DNA from: Eledone cirrhosa
Lineage: Eukaryota
Assembly: GCA_964016885.1 (NCBI GenBank)
Contig: OZ024754.1
Coordinates: 20,212,001-20,276,000 of the forward strand
Direction: 5' to 3'
Length of the DNA: 64,000 nucleotides
A program made the position numbers and the translations under genes. This document shows, piece after piece, positions 27,301-42,578 of this stretch (position 1 is its first letter; every line of letters starts with the position of its first letter). The notes beneath the pieces are model-generated. The model worked only from the letters and a program-made list of their open reading frames with translations, was not told the DNA's origin and did no database searches.

Positions 27301-30300
27301 GCCAGACATATACAACTGTGGCTAATATGACTCTTCCATGATATAGTTACTTTAGTTTCAACACAGTCTTAGATCAAGTCACTTGCCAGACTGTGGCTAA
27401 AATGACTCTTCCATGATATAGTTACTTTAGTTTCAACACAGTCTCAGATCAAGTTACTTACCAGACATGTACAACTGTGGCTAAAATGACTCTTCCATGA
27501 TATAGTTACTTTAGTTTCAACACAATCTCAGATCAAGTCACTTGCCAGACATATACAACTGTGGCTAAAATGACTCTTCCATGATATAGTTACTTTAGTT
27601 TCAACACAATCTCAGATCAGGTCACTTGCCAGACATGTACAACTGTGACTAAAATGACGCTTCCATGATATAGTTACTTTAGTTTCAACACAATCTCAGA
27701 TCAAGTCGCTTGCCAGACATTTACATCTGTGGCTAAAATGACTCTTCCATGATATAGTTACTTTAGTTTCAACACAATCTCAGATCAAGTCACTTGCCAG
27801 ACATGTACAACTGTGGCTAAAATGACTCTTCCATGATATAGTTACTTTAGTTTCAACACAATCTCAGATCAAGTCACTTGCCAGACATGTACAACTGTGG
27901 CTAAAATGACTCTTCCATGATATAGTTACTATAGTTTCAACACAGTCTCAGATCAAGTCACTTGCCAGACATGTACAACTGTGGCTAAAATGACTCTTCC
28001 ATGATATAGTTACTTTAGTTTCAACACAGTCTCAGATCATGTCACTTGCCAGACATGTACAACTGTGGCTAAAATGACTCTTCCATGATATAGTTACTTT
28101 AGTTTCAACACAGTCACAGATGAAGTCACTTGCCAGACATGTACAACTGAGGCTAAAATGACTCTTCCATTATATAGTTACTTTAGTTTCAACACAATCT
28201 CACATCAAGTCACTTACCAGACATGTACAACAGTGGCTAAAATGACTCTTCCATGATATAGTTACGTTAGTTTCAACACAGTCACAGATCAAGTCACTTG
28301 CCAGACATGTACAACTGTGGCTAAAATGACTCTTCCATGATATATTTACTTTAGTTTCAACACAATCTCAGATCAAGTCGCTTGCCAGACTTGTACAACT
28401 GTGGCTAAAATCGCTCTTCCATGATATAGTTACTTTAGTTTCAACACAATCTCAGATCAAAGTCACTTGCCAGACATGTACAACTGTGGCTAAAATGACT
28501 CTTCCATGATATAGTTACTTTAGTTTCAATACTGTCTTAGATCAAGTCACTTGCCAGACTGTGGCTAAAATGACTCTTCCATGATATAGTTACTTTAGTT
28601 TCAAAACAGTCTCAGATCAAGTCACTTGCCAGACATTTACATCTGTGGCTAAAATGACTCTTCCATGATATAGTTACTTTAGTTTCAACACAGTCTCAGA
28701 TCAAGTCACTTGCCAGACATGTACAACTGTGGCTAAAATGACTCTTCCATGATATAGTTACTATAGTTTCAACACAGTCTCAGATCAAGTCACTTGCCAG
28801 ACATGTACAACTGTGGCTAAAATGACTCTTCCATGATATAGTTACTTTAGTTTCAACACAGTCACAGATCAAGTCACTTGCCAGACATGTACAACTGTGG
28901 CTAAAATGACTCTTCCATGATATAGTTACTTTAGTTTCAACACAGTCTCAGATCAGGGCACTTGCCAAACATGTACAACTGTGGCTAAAATGACTCTTCC
29001 ATGATATAGTTACTTTAGTTTCAACACAGTCTTAGATCAAGTCACTTGCCAGACTGTGGCTAAAATGACTCTTCCATGATATAGTTACTTTAGTTTCAAC
29101 ACAGTCTCAGATCAAGTTACTTACCAGACATGTACAACTGTGGGTAAAATGACTCTTCCATGATATAGTTACTTTAGTTTCAACACAATCTCAGATCAGG
29201 TCACTTGCCAGACATGTACAACTGTGACTAAAATGACGCTTCCATGATATAGTTACTTTAGTTTCAACACAATCTCAGATCAAGTCGCTTGCCAGACATG
29301 TACAACTGTGGCTAAAATCGCTCTTCCATGATATAGTTACTTTAGTTTCAACACAATCTCAGATCAAGACACTTGCCAGACATGTACAACTGTGGCTAAA
29401 GTGACTCTTCCATGATATAGTTACTTTAGTTTCAACACAGTCACAGATCAAGTCACTTGCCAGACATGTACAACTGTGGCTAAAATGACTCTTCCATGAT
29501 ATAGTTACTTTAGTTTCAACACAGTCACAGATCAAGTCACTTGCCAGACATGTACAACTGTGGCTAAAATGACTCTTCCATGATATAGTTACTTTAGTTT
29601 CAACACAGTCTCAGATCAGGGCACATGCCAAACATGTACAACTGTGGCTAAAATGACTCTTCCATGATATAGTTACTTTAGTTTCAATACTGTCTTAGAT
29701 CAAGTCACTTGCCAGACTGTGGCTAAAATGACTCTTCCATGATATAGTTACTTTAGTTTCAAAACAGTCTCAGATCAAGTCACTTGCCAGACATGTACAA
29801 CTGTGGCTAAAATGACTCTTCCATGATATAGTTACTATAGTTTCAACACAGTCTCAGATCAAGTCACCTGCCAGACATGTACAACTGTGGCTAAAATGAC
29901 TCTTCCATGATATAGTTACTTTAGTTTCAACACAGTCACAGATGAAGTCACTTGCCAGACATGTACAACTGAGGCTAAAATGACTCTTCCATTATATAGT
30001 TACTTTAGTTTCAACACAATCTCACATCAAGTCACTTACCAGACATGTACAACAGTGGCTAAAATGACTCTTCCATGATATAGTTACTTTAGTTTCAACA
30101 CAGTTTCAGATCAAGTCACTTGCCAGACATGTACAACTGTGGCTAAGATGACTCTTCCATGATATAGTTACTTTAGTTTCAACACAGTCACAGATCAAGT
30201 CACTTGCCAGACATGTACAACTGTGGCTAAAATGACTCTTCCATGATATAGTTACTTTAGTTTCAACACAGTCACAGATCAAGTCACTTGCCAGACATGT

Positions 30301-33300
30301 ACAACTGTGGCTAAAATGACTCTTCCGTGATATAGTTACTTTAGTTTCAACACAGTCACAGATCAAGTCACTTGCCAGACACGTACAACTATGGCTAAAA
30401 TGACTCTTCCATGATATAGTTACTTTAGTTTCAACACAATCTCAGATCAAGACACTTGCCAGACATGTACAACTGTGGCTAAAGTGACTCTTCCATGATA
30501 TAGTTACTTTAGTTTCAACACAGTCACAGATCAAGTCACTTGCCAGACATGTACAACTGTGGCTAAAATGACTCTTCCATGATATAGTTACTTTAGTTTC
30601 AACACAGTCTTAGATCAAGTCACTTGCCAGACTGTGGCTAAAATGACTCTTCCATGATATAGTTACTTTAGTTTCAACACAGTCTCAGATCAAGTTACTT
30701 ACCAGACATGTACAACTGTGGCTAAAATGACTCTTCCATGATATAGTTACTATAGTTTCAACACAGTCTCAGATCAAGTCACTTGCCAGACATGTACAAC
30801 CGTGGCTAAAATGACTCTTCCATGATATAGTTACTTTAGTTTCAACACAGTCTCAGATCAAGTCACTTGCCAGACATGTACAACTGTGGCTAAAATGACT
30901 CTTCCATGATATAGTTACTTTAGTTTCAACACAGTCACAGATGAAGTCACTTGCCAGACATGTACAACTGAGGCTAAAATGACTCTTCCATTATATAGTT
31001 ACTTTAGTTTCAACACAATCTCACATCAAGTCACTTACCAGACATGTACAACAGTGGCTAAAATGACTCTTCCATGATATAGTTACTTTAGTTTCAACAC
31101 AGTTTCAGATCAAGTCACTTGCCAGACATGTACAACTGTGGCTAAGATGACTCTTCCATGATATAGTTACTTTAGTTTCAACACAGTCACAGATCAAGTC
31201 ACTTGCCAGACATGTACAACTGTGGCTAAAATGACTCTTCCGTGATATAGTTACTTTAGTTTCAACACAGTCACAGATCAAGTCACTTGCCAGACACGTA
31301 CAACTATGGCTAAAATGACTCTTCCATGATATAGTTACTTTAGTTTCAACACAATCTCAGATCAAGACACTTGCCAGACATGTACAACTGTGGCTAAAGT
31401 GACTCTTCCATGATATAGTTACTTTAGTTTCAACACAGTCACAGATCAAGTCACTTGCCAGACATGTACAACTGTGGCTAAAATGACTCTTCCATGATAT
31501 AGTTACTTTAGTTTCAACACAGTCTTAGATCAAGTCACTTGCCAGACTGTGGCTAAAATGACTCTTCCATGATATAGTTACTTTAGTTTCAACACAGTCT
31601 CAGATCAAGTTACTTACCAGACATGTACAACTGTGGCTAAAATGACTCTTCCATGATATAGTTACTTTAGTTTCAACACAATCTCAGATCAAGTCACTTG
31701 CCAGACATATACAACTGTGGCTAATATGACTCTTCCATGATATAGTTACTTTAGTTTCAACACAGTCTTAGATCAAGTCACTTGCCAGACTGTGGCTAAA
31801 ATGACTCTTCCATGATATAGTTACTTTAGTTTCAACACAGTCTCAGATCAAGTTACTTACCAGACATGTACAACTGTGGCTAAAATGACTCTTCCATGAT
31901 ATAGTTACTTTAGTTTCAACACAATCTCAGATCAAGTCACTTGCCAGACATATACAACTGTGGCTAAAATGACTCTTCCATGATATAGTTACTTTAGTTT
32001 CAACACAATCTCAGATCAGGTCACTTGCCAGACATGTACAACTGTGACTAAAATGACGCTTCCATGATATAGTTACTTTAGTTTCAACACAATCTCAGAT
32101 CAAGTCGCTTGCCAGACATTTACATCTGTGGCTAAAATGACTCTTCCATGATATAGTTACTTTAGTTTCAACACAATCTCAGATCAAGTCACTTGCCAGA
32201 CATGTACAACTGTGGCTAAAATGACTCTTCCATGATATAGTTACTTTAGTTTCAACACAATCTCAGATCAAGTCACTTGCCAGACATGTACAACTGTGGC
32301 TAAAATGACTCTTCCATGATATAGTTACTTTAGTTTCAAAACTGTCTTAGATCAAGTCACTTGCCAGACTGTGGCTAAAATGACTCTTCCATGATATAGT
32401 TACTTTAGTTTCAAAACAGTCTCAGATCAAGTCACTTGCCAGACATTTACATCTGTGGCTAAAATGACTCTTCCATGATATAGTTACTTTAGTTTCAACA
32501 CAATCTCAGATCAAGTCACTTGCCAGACATGTACAACTGTGGCTAAAATGACTCTTCCATGATATAGTTACTATAGTTTCAACACAGTCTCAGATCAAGT
32601 CACTTGCCAGACATGTACAACTGTGGCTAAAATGACTCTTCCATGATATAGTTACTTTAGTTTCAACACAGTCTCAGATCATGTCACTTGCCAGACATGT
32701 ACAACTGTGGCTAAAATGACTCTTCCATGATATAGTTACTTTAGTTTCAACACAGTCACAGATGAAGTCACTTGCCAGACATGTACAACTGAGGCTAAAA
32801 TGACTCTTCCATTATATAGTTACTTTAGTTTCAACACAATCTCACATCAAGTCACTTACCAGACATGTACAACAGTGGCTAAAATGACTCTTCCATGATA
32901 TAGTTACGTTAGTTTCAACACAGTCACAGATCAAGTCACTTGCCAGACATGTACAACTGTGGCTAAAATGACTCTTCCATGATATATTTACTTTAGTTTC
33001 AACACAATCTCAGATCAAGTCGCTTGCCAGACTTGTACAACTGTGGCTAAAATCGCTCTTCCATGATATAGTTACTTTAGTTTCAACACAATCTCAGATC
33101 AAAGTCACTTGCCAGACATGTACAACTGTGGCTAAAATGACTCTTCCATGATATAGTTACTTTAGTTTCAATACTGTCTTAGATCAAGTCACTTGCCAGA
33201 CTGTGGCTAAAATGACTCTTCCATGATATAGTTACTTTAGTTTCAAAACAGTCTCAGATCAAGTCACTTGCCAGTCATTTACATCTGTGGCTAAAATGAC

Positions 33301-33470
33301 TCTTCCATGATATAGTTACTTTAGTTTCAACACAGTCTCAGATCAAGTCACTTGCCAGACATGTACAACTGTGGCTAAAATGACTCTTCCATGATATAGT
33401 TACTATAGTTTCAACACAGTCTCAGATCAAGTCACTTGCCAGACATGTACAACTGTGGCTAAAATGACTC
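24346..33470. repeat. 54-monomer tandem duplication (4483 bp); second copy altered by whole-monomer loss and gain
   Basis: Markers GTCACCTGCC (~25380/~29863) and AACCGTGGCTAAA (~26315/~30798); identical pseudo-ORFs at 25623 and 30106; 54x84-54+1=4483. Confidence 0.8.
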
Positions 33471-36400
33471 TTCCATGATATAGTTACTTTAGTTTCAACA
33501 CAGTCACAGATCAAGTCACTTGCCAGACATGTACAACTGTGGCTAAAATGACTCTTCCATGATATAGTTACTTTAGTTTCAACACAGTCTCAGATCAGGG
33601 CACTTGCCAAACATGTACAACTGTGGCTAAAATGACTCTTCCATGATATAGTTACTTTAGTTTCAACACAGTCTTAGATCAAGTCACTTGCCAGACTGTG
33701 GCTAAAATGACTCTTCCATGATATAGTTACTTTAGTTTCAACACAGTCTCAGATCAAGTTACTTACCAGACATGTACAACTGTGGGTAAAATGACTCTTC
33801 CATGATATAGTTACTTTAGTTTCAACACAATATCAGATCAGGTCACTTGCCAGACATGTACAACTGTGACTAAAATGACGCTTCCATGATATAGTTACTT
33901 TAGTTTCAACACAATCTCAGATCAAGTCGCTTGCCAGACATGTACAACTGTGGCTAAAATCGCTCTTCCATGATATAGTTACTTTAGTTTCAACACAATC
34001 TCAGATCGAGTCACTTGCCAGACATGTACAACTGTGGCTAAAATGACTCTTCCATGATATAGTTACTTTAGTTTCAACACAGTCACAGATCAAGTCACTT
34101 GTCAGACATGTACAACTGTGGCTAAAATGACTCTTCCGTGATATAGTTACTTTAGTTTCAACACAGTCTCAGATCAAGTCACTTGTCATACATGTACAAC
34201 TGTGGCTAAAATGACTCTTCCATGATATAGTTACTTTAGTTTCAACACAGTCACAGATCAAGTCACTTGCCAGACACGTACAACTATGGCTAAAATGACT
34301 CTTCCATGATATAGTTACTTTAGTTTCAACACAATCTCAGATCAAGACACTTGCCAGACATGTACAACTGTGGCTAAAGTGACTCTTCCATGATATAGTT
34401 ACTTTAGTTTCAACACAGTCACAGATCAAGTCACTTGCCAGACATGTACAACTGTGGCTAAAATGACTCTTCCATGATATAGTTACTTTAGTTTCAACAC
34501 AGTCACAGATCAAGTCACTTGCCAGACATGTACAACTGTGGCTAAAATGACTCTTCCATGATATAGTTACTTTAGTTTCAACACAGTCTCAGATCAGGGC
34601 ACATGCCAAACATGTACAACTGTGGCTAAAATGACTCTTCCATGATATAGTTACTTTAGTTTCAACACAGTCTTAGATCAAGTCACTTGCCAGACTGTGG
34701 CTAAAATGACTCTTCCATGATATAGTTACTTTAGTTTCAACACAGTCTCAGATCAAGTTACTTACCAGACATGTACAACTGTGGGTAAAATGACTCTTCC
34801 ATGATATAGTTACTTTAGTTTCAACACAATCTCAGATCAGGTCACTTGCCAGACATGTACAGCTGTGACTAAAATGACGCTTCCATGATATAGTTACTTT
34901 AGTTTCAACACAATCTCAGATCAAGTCGCTTGCCAGACATGTACAACTGTGGGTAAAATCGCTCTTCCATGATATAGTTACTTTAGTTTCAACACAATCT
35001 CAGATCAAAGTCACTTGCCAGACATGTACAACTATGGCTAAAATGACTCTTCCATGATATAGTTACTTTAGTTTCAATACTGTCTTAGATCAAGTCACTT
35101 GCCAGACTGTGGCTAAAATGACTCTTCCATGATATAGTTACTTTAGTTTCAAAACAGTCTCAGATCAAGTCACTTGCCAGACATTAACATCTGTGGCTAA
35201 AATGACTCTTCCATGATATAGTTACTTTAGTTTCAACACAGCCTCAGATCAAGTCACTTGCCAGACATGTACAACTGTGGCTAAAATGACTCTTCCATGA
35301 TATAGTTACTATAGTTTCAACACAGTCTCAGATCAAGTCACTTGCCAGACATGTACAACTGTGGCTAAAATGACTCTTCCATGATATAGTTACTTTAGTT
35401 TCAACACAGTCTCAGATCAAGTCACTTGCCAGACATGTACAACTGTGGCTAAAATGACTCTTCCATGATATAGTTACTTTAGTTTCAACACAGTCACAGA
35501 TGAAGTCACTTGCCAGACATGTACAACTGAGGCTAAAATGACTCTTCCCTTATATAATTACTTTAGTTTCAACACAATCTCACATCAAGTCACTTACCAG
35601 ACATGTACAACAGTGGCTAAAATGACTCTTCCATGATATAGTTACTTTAGTTTCAACACAGTTTCAGATCAAGTCACTTGCCAGACATGTACAACTGTGG
35701 CTAAGATGACTCTTCCATGATATAGTTACTTTAGTTTCAACACAGTCACAGATCAAGTCACTTGCCAGACATGTACAACTGTGGCTAAAGTGACTCTTCC
35801 ATGATATAGTTACTTTAGTTTCAACACAGTCACAGATCAAGTCACTTGCCAGACATGTACAACTGTGGCTAAAATGACTCTTCCGTGATATAGTTACTTT
35901 AGTTTCAACACAGTCTCAGATCAAGTCACTTGTCATACATGTACAACTGTGGCTAAAATGACTCTTCCATGATATAGTTACTTTAGTTTCAACACAATCT
36001 CAGATCAAGACACTTGCCAGACATGTACAACTGTGGCTAAAATGACTCTTCCATGATATAGTTACTTTAGTTTCAACACAGTCTTAGATCAAGTCACTTG
36101 CCAGACTGTGGCTAAAATGACTCTTCCATGATATAGTTACTTTAGTTTCAACACAGTCTCAGATCAAGTTACTTACCAGACATGTACAACTGTGGCTAAA
36201 ATGACTCTTCCATGATATAGTTACTTTAATTTCAACACAATCTCAGATCAAGTCACTTGCCAGACATATACAACTGTGGCTAAAATGACTCTTCCATGAT
36301 ATAGTTACTTTAGTTTCAACACAGTCTTAGATCAAGTCACTTGCCAGACTGTGGCTAAAATGACTCTTCCATGATATAGTTACTTTAGTTTCAACACAGT

Positions 36401-39400
36401 CTCAGATCAAGTTACTTACCAGACATGTACAACTGTGGCTAAAATGACTCTTCCATGATATAGTTACTTTAGTTTCAACACAATCTCAGATCAAGTCACT
36501 TGCCAGACATATACAACTGTGGCTAAAATGACTCTTCCATGATATAGTTACTTTAGTTTCAACACAATCTCAGATCAGGTCACTTGCCAGACATGTACAA
36601 CTGTGACTAAAATGACGCTTCCATGATATAGTTACTTTAGTTTCAACACAATCTCAGATCAAGTCGCTTGCCAGACATGTACAACTGTGGCTAAAATCGC
36701 TCTTCCATGATATAGTTACTTTAGTTTCAACACAATCTCAGATCAAGTCACTTGCCAGACATGTACAACTGTGGCTAAAATGACTCTTCCATGATATAGT
36801 TACTTTAGTTTCAATACTGTCTTAGATCAAGTCACTTGCCAGACTGTGGCTAAAATGACTCGTCCATGATATAGTTACTTTAGTTTCAACACAGTCTCAG
36901 ATCAAGTTACTTACCAGACATGTACAACTGTGGCTAAAATGACTCTTCCATGATATAGTTACTTTAGTTTCAACACAGTCTCAGATCAAGTCACTTGTCA
37001 TACATGTACAACTGTGGCTAAAATGACTCTTCCATGATATAGTTACTTTAGTTTCAACACAGTCACAGATCAAGTCACTTGCCAGACACGTACAACTATG
37101 GCTAAAATGACTCTTCCATGATATAGTTACTTTAGTTTCAACACAATCTCAGATCAAGTCACTTGCCAGACATATACAACTGTGGCTAATATGACTCTTC
37201 CATGATATAGTTACTTTAGTTTCAACACAGTCTTAGATCAAGTCACTTGCCAGACTGTGGCTAAAATGACTCTTCCATGATATAGTTACTTTAGTTTCAA
37301 CACAGTCTCAGATCAAGTTACTTACCAGACATGTACAACTGTGGCTAAAATGACTCTTCCATGATATAGTTACTTTAGTTTCAACACAATCTCAGATCAA
37401 GTCACTTGCCAGACATATACAACTGTGGCTAAAATGACTCTTCCATGATATAGTTACTTTAGTTTCAACACAATCTCAGATCAGGTCACTTGCCAGACAT
37501 GTACAACTGTGACTAAAATGACGCTTCCATGATATAGTTACTTTAGTTTCAACACAATCTCAGATCAAGTCGCTTGCCAGACATTTACATCTGTGGCTAA
37601 AATGACTCTTCCATGATATAGTTACTTTAGTTTCAACACAATCTCAGATCAAGTCACTTGCCAGACATGTACAACTGTGGCTAAAATGACTCTTCCATGA
37701 TATAGTTACTTTAGTTTCAACACAATCTCAGATCAAGTCACTTGCCAGACATGTACAACTGTGGCTAAAATGACTCTTCCATGATATAGTTACTTTAGTT
37801 TCAATACTGTCTTAGATCAAGTCACTTGCCAGACTGTGGCTAAAATGACTCTTCCATGATATAGTTACTTTAGTTTCAAAACAGTCTCAGATCAAGTCAC
37901 TTGCCAGACATTTACATCTGTGGCTAAAATGACTCTTCCATGATATAGTTACTTTAGTTTCAACACAATCTCAGATCAAGTCACTTGCCAGACATGTACA
38001 ACTGTGGCTAAAATGACTCTTCCATGATATAGTTACTATAGTTTCAACACAGTCTCAGATCAAGTCACTTGCCAGACATGTACAACTGTGGCTAAAATGA
38101 CTCTTCCATGATATAGTTACTTTAGTTTCAACACAGTCTCAGATCATGTCACTTGCCAGACATGTACAACTGTGGCTAAAATGACTCTTCCATGATATAG
38201 TTACTTTAGTTTCAACACAGTCACAGATGAAGTCACTTGCCAGACATGTACAACTGAGGCTAAAATGACTCTTCCATTATATAGTTACTTTAGTTTCAAC
38301 ACAATCTCACATCAAGTCACTTACCAGACATGTACAACAGTGGCTAAAATGACTCTTCCATGATATAGTTACGTTAGTTTCAACACAGTCACAGATCAAG
38401 TCACTTGCCAGACATGTACAACTGTGGCTAAAATGACTCTTCCATGATATATTTACTTTAGTTTCAACACAATCTCAGATCAAGTCGCTTGCCAGACTTG
38501 TACAACTGTGGCTAAAATCGCTCTTCCATGATATAGTTACTTTAGTTTCAACACAATCTCAGATCAAAGTCACTTGCCAGACATGTACAACTGTGGCTAA
38601 AATGACTCTTCCATGATATAGTTACTTTAGTTTCAATACTGTCTTAGATCAAGTCACTTGCCAGACTGTGGCTAAAATGACTCTTCCATGATATAGTTAC
38701 TTTAATTTCAAAACAGTCTCAGATCAAGTCACTTGCCAGTCATTTACATCTGTGGCTAAAATGACTCTTCCATGATATAGTTACTTTAGTTTCAACACAG
38801 TCTCAGATCAAGTCACTTGCCAGACATGTACAACTGTGGCTAAAATGACTCTTCCATGATATAGTTACTATAGTTTCAACACAGTCTCAGATCAAGTCAC
38901 TTGCCAGACATGTACAACTGTGGCTAAAATGACTCTTCCATGATATAGTTACTTTAGTTTCAACACAGTCACAGATCAAGTCACTTGCCAGACATGTACA
39001 ACTGTGGCTAAAATGACTCTTCCATGATATAGTTACTTTAGTTTCAACACAGTCTCAGATCAGGGCACTTGCCAAACATGTACAACTGTGGCTAAAATGA
39101 CTCTTCCATGATATAGTTACTTTAGTTTCAACACAGTCTTAGATCAAGTCACTTGCCAGACTGTGGCTAAAATGACTCTTCCATGATATAGTTACTTTAG
39201 TTTCAACACAGTCTCAGATCAAGTTACTTACCAGACATGTACAACTGTGGGTAAAATGACTCTTCCATGATATAGTTACTTTAGTTTCAACACAATATCA
39301 GATCAGGTCACTTGCCAGACATGTACAACTGTGACTAAAATGACGCTTCCATGATATAGTTACTTTAGTTTCAACACAATCTCAGATCAAGTCGCTTGCC

Positions 39401-42400
39401 AGACATGTACAACTGTGGCTAAAATCGCTCTTCCATGATATAGTTACTTTAGTTTCAACACAATCTCAGATCGAGTCACTTGCCAGACATGTACAACTGT
39501 GGCTAAAATGACTCTTCCATGATATAGTTACTTTAGTTTCAACACAGTCACAGATCAAGTCACTTGTCAGACATGTACAACTGTGGCTAAAATGACTCTT
39601 CCGTGATATAGTTACTTTAGTTTCAACACAGTCTCAGATCAAGTCACTTGTCATACATGTACAACTGTGGCTAAAATGACTCTTCCATGATATAGTTACT
39701 TTAGTTTCAACACAGTCACAGATCAAGTCACTTGCCAGACACGTACAACTATGGCTAAAATGACTCTTCCATGATATAGTTACTTTAGTTTCAACACAAT
39801 CTCAGATCAAGACACTTGCCAGACATGTACAACTGTGGCTAAAGTGACTCTTCCATGATATAGTTACTTTAGTTTCAACACAGTCACAGATCAAGTCACT
39901 TGCCAGACATGTACAACTGTGGCTAAAATGACTCTTCCATGATATAGTTACTTTAGTTTCAACACAGTCACAGATCAAGTCACTTGCCAGACATGTACAA
40001 CTGTGGCTAAAATGACTCTTCCATGATATAGTTACTTTAGTTTCAACACAGTCTCAGATCAGGGCACATGCCAAACATGTACAACTGTGGCTAAAATGAC
40101 TCTTCCATGATATAGTTACTTTAGTTTCAACACAGTCTTAGATCAAGTCACTTGCCAGACTGTGGCTAAAATGACTCTTCCATGATATAGTTACTTTAGT
40201 TTCAACACAGTCTCAGATCAAGTTACTTACCAGACATGTACAACTGTGGGTAAAATGACTCTTCCATGATATAGTTACTTTAGTTTCAACACAATCTCAG
40301 ATCAGGTCACTTGCCAGACATGTACAGCTGTGACTAAAATGACGCTTCCATGATATAGTTACTTTAGTTTCAACACAATCTCAGATCAAGTCGCTTGCCA
40401 GACATGTACAACTGTGGGTAAAATCGCTCTTCCATGATATAGTTACTTTAGTTTCAACACAATCTCAGATCAAAGTCACTTGCCAGACATGTACAACTAT
40501 GGCTAAAATGACTCTTCCATGATATAGTTACTTTAGTTTCAATACTGTCTTAGATCAAGTCACTTGCCAGACTGTGGCTAAAATGACTCTTCCATGATAT
40601 AGTTACTTTAGTTTCAAAACAGTCTCAGATCAAGTCACTTGCCAGACATTAACATCTGTGGCTAAAATGACTCTTCCATGATATAGTTACTTTAGTTTCA
40701 ACACAGCCTCAGATCAAGTCACTTGCCAGACATGTACAACTGTGGCTAAAATGACTCTTCCATGATATAGTTACTATAGTTTCAACACAGTCTCAGATCA
40801 AGTCACTTGCCAGACATGTACAACTGTGGCTAAAATGACTCTTCCATGATATAGTTACTTTAGTTTCAACACAGTCTCAGATCAAGTCACTTGCCAGACA
40901 TGTACAACTGTGGCTAAAATGACTCTTCCATGATATAGTTACTTTAGTTTCAACACAGTCACAGATGAAGTCACTTGCCAGACATGTACAACTGAGGCTA
41001 AAATGACTCTTCCCTTATATAATTACTTTAGTTTCAACACAATCTCACATCAAGTCACTTACCAGACATGTACAACAGTGGCTAAAATGACTCTTCCATG
41101 ATATAGTTACTTTAGTTTCAACACAGTTTCAGATCAAGTCACTTGCCAGACATGTACAACTGTGGCTAAGATGACTCTTCCATGATATAGTTACTTTAGT
41201 TTCAACACAGTCACAGATCAAGTCACTTGCCAGACATGTACAACTGTGGCTAAAGTGACTCTTCCATGATATAGTTACTTTAGTTTCAACACAGTCACAG
41301 ATCAAGTCACTTGCCAGACATGTACAACTGTGGCTAAAATGACTCTTCCGTGATATAGTTACTTTAGTTTCAACACAGTCTCAGATCAAGTCACTTGTCA
41401 TACATGTACAACTGTGGCTAAAATGACTCTTCCATGATATAGTTACTTTAGTTTCAACACAATCTCAGATCAAGACACTTGCCAGACATGTACAACTGTG
41501 GCTAAAATGACTCTTCCATGATATAGTTACTTTAGTTTCAACACAGTCTTAGATCAAGTCACTTGCCAGACTGTGGCTAAAATGACTCTTCCATGATATA
41601 GTTACTTTAGTTTCAACACAGTCTCAGATCAAGTTACTTACCAGACATGTACAACTGTGGCTAAAATGACTCTTCCATGATATAGTTACTTTAATTTCAA
41701 CACAATCTCAGATCAAGTCACTTGCCAGACATATACAACTGTGGCTAAAATGACTCTTCCATGATATAGTTACTTTAGTTTCAACACAGTCTTAGATCAA
41801 GTCACTTGCCAGACTGTGGCTAAAATGACTCTTCCATGATATAGTTACTTTAGTTTCAACACAGTCTCAGATCAAGTTACTTACCAGACATGTACAACTG
41901 TGGCTAAAATGACTCTTCCATGATATAGTTACTTTAGTTTCAACACAATCTCAGATCAAGTCACTTGCCAGACATATACAACTGTGGCTAAAATGACTCT
42001 TCCATGATATAGTTACTTTAGTTTCAACACAATCTCAGATCAGGTCACTTGCCAGACATGTACAACTGTGACTAAAATGACGCTTCCATGATATAGTTAC
42101 TTTAGTTTCAACACAATCTCAGATCAAGTCGCTTGCCAGACATGTACAACTGTGGCTAAAATCGCTCTTCCATGATATAGTTACTTTAGTTTCAACACAA
42201 TCTCAGATCAAGTCACTTGCCAGACATGTACAACTGTGGCTAAAATGACTCTTCCATGATATAGTTACTTTAGTTTCAATACTGTCTTAGATCAAGTCAC
42301 TTGCCAGACTGTGGCTAAAATGACTCGTCCATGATATAGTTACTTTAGTTTCAACACAGTCTCAGATCAAGTTACTTACCAGACATGTACAACTGTGGCT

Positions 42401-42578
42401 AAAATGACTCTTCCATGATATAGTTACTTTAGTTTCAACACAGTCTCAGATCAAGTCACTTGTCATACATGTACAACTGTGGCTAAAATGACTCTTCCAT
42501 GATATAGTTACTTTAGTTTCAACACAGTCACAGATCAAGTCACTTGCCAGACACGTACAACTATGGCTAAAATGACTC
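31649..42578. repeat. 66-monomer near-perfect tandem duplication (5465 bp x2)
   Basis: Markers at constant offset 5465: CTAATATG (31721/37186), TATCAGATCAGG (33831/39296), GCCTCAG (35241/40706), plus GATCGAG, GTACAGCTG, CCCTTATATAAT and GACTCGTCC; 66x84-81+2=5465. Confidence 0.93.

Noticed and set aside
15023-30366. Five Cys-rich minus-strand ORFs (86-114 aa, ICDCVETKVTISWKSHFSHSCTCLASDL repeats)
   Set aside because: They appear wherever 2-3 consecutive monomers carry the TCACAG allele, which turns the single TGA into TGT. They start at TTG, contain no unique sequence and simply translate the 28-codon satellite period.
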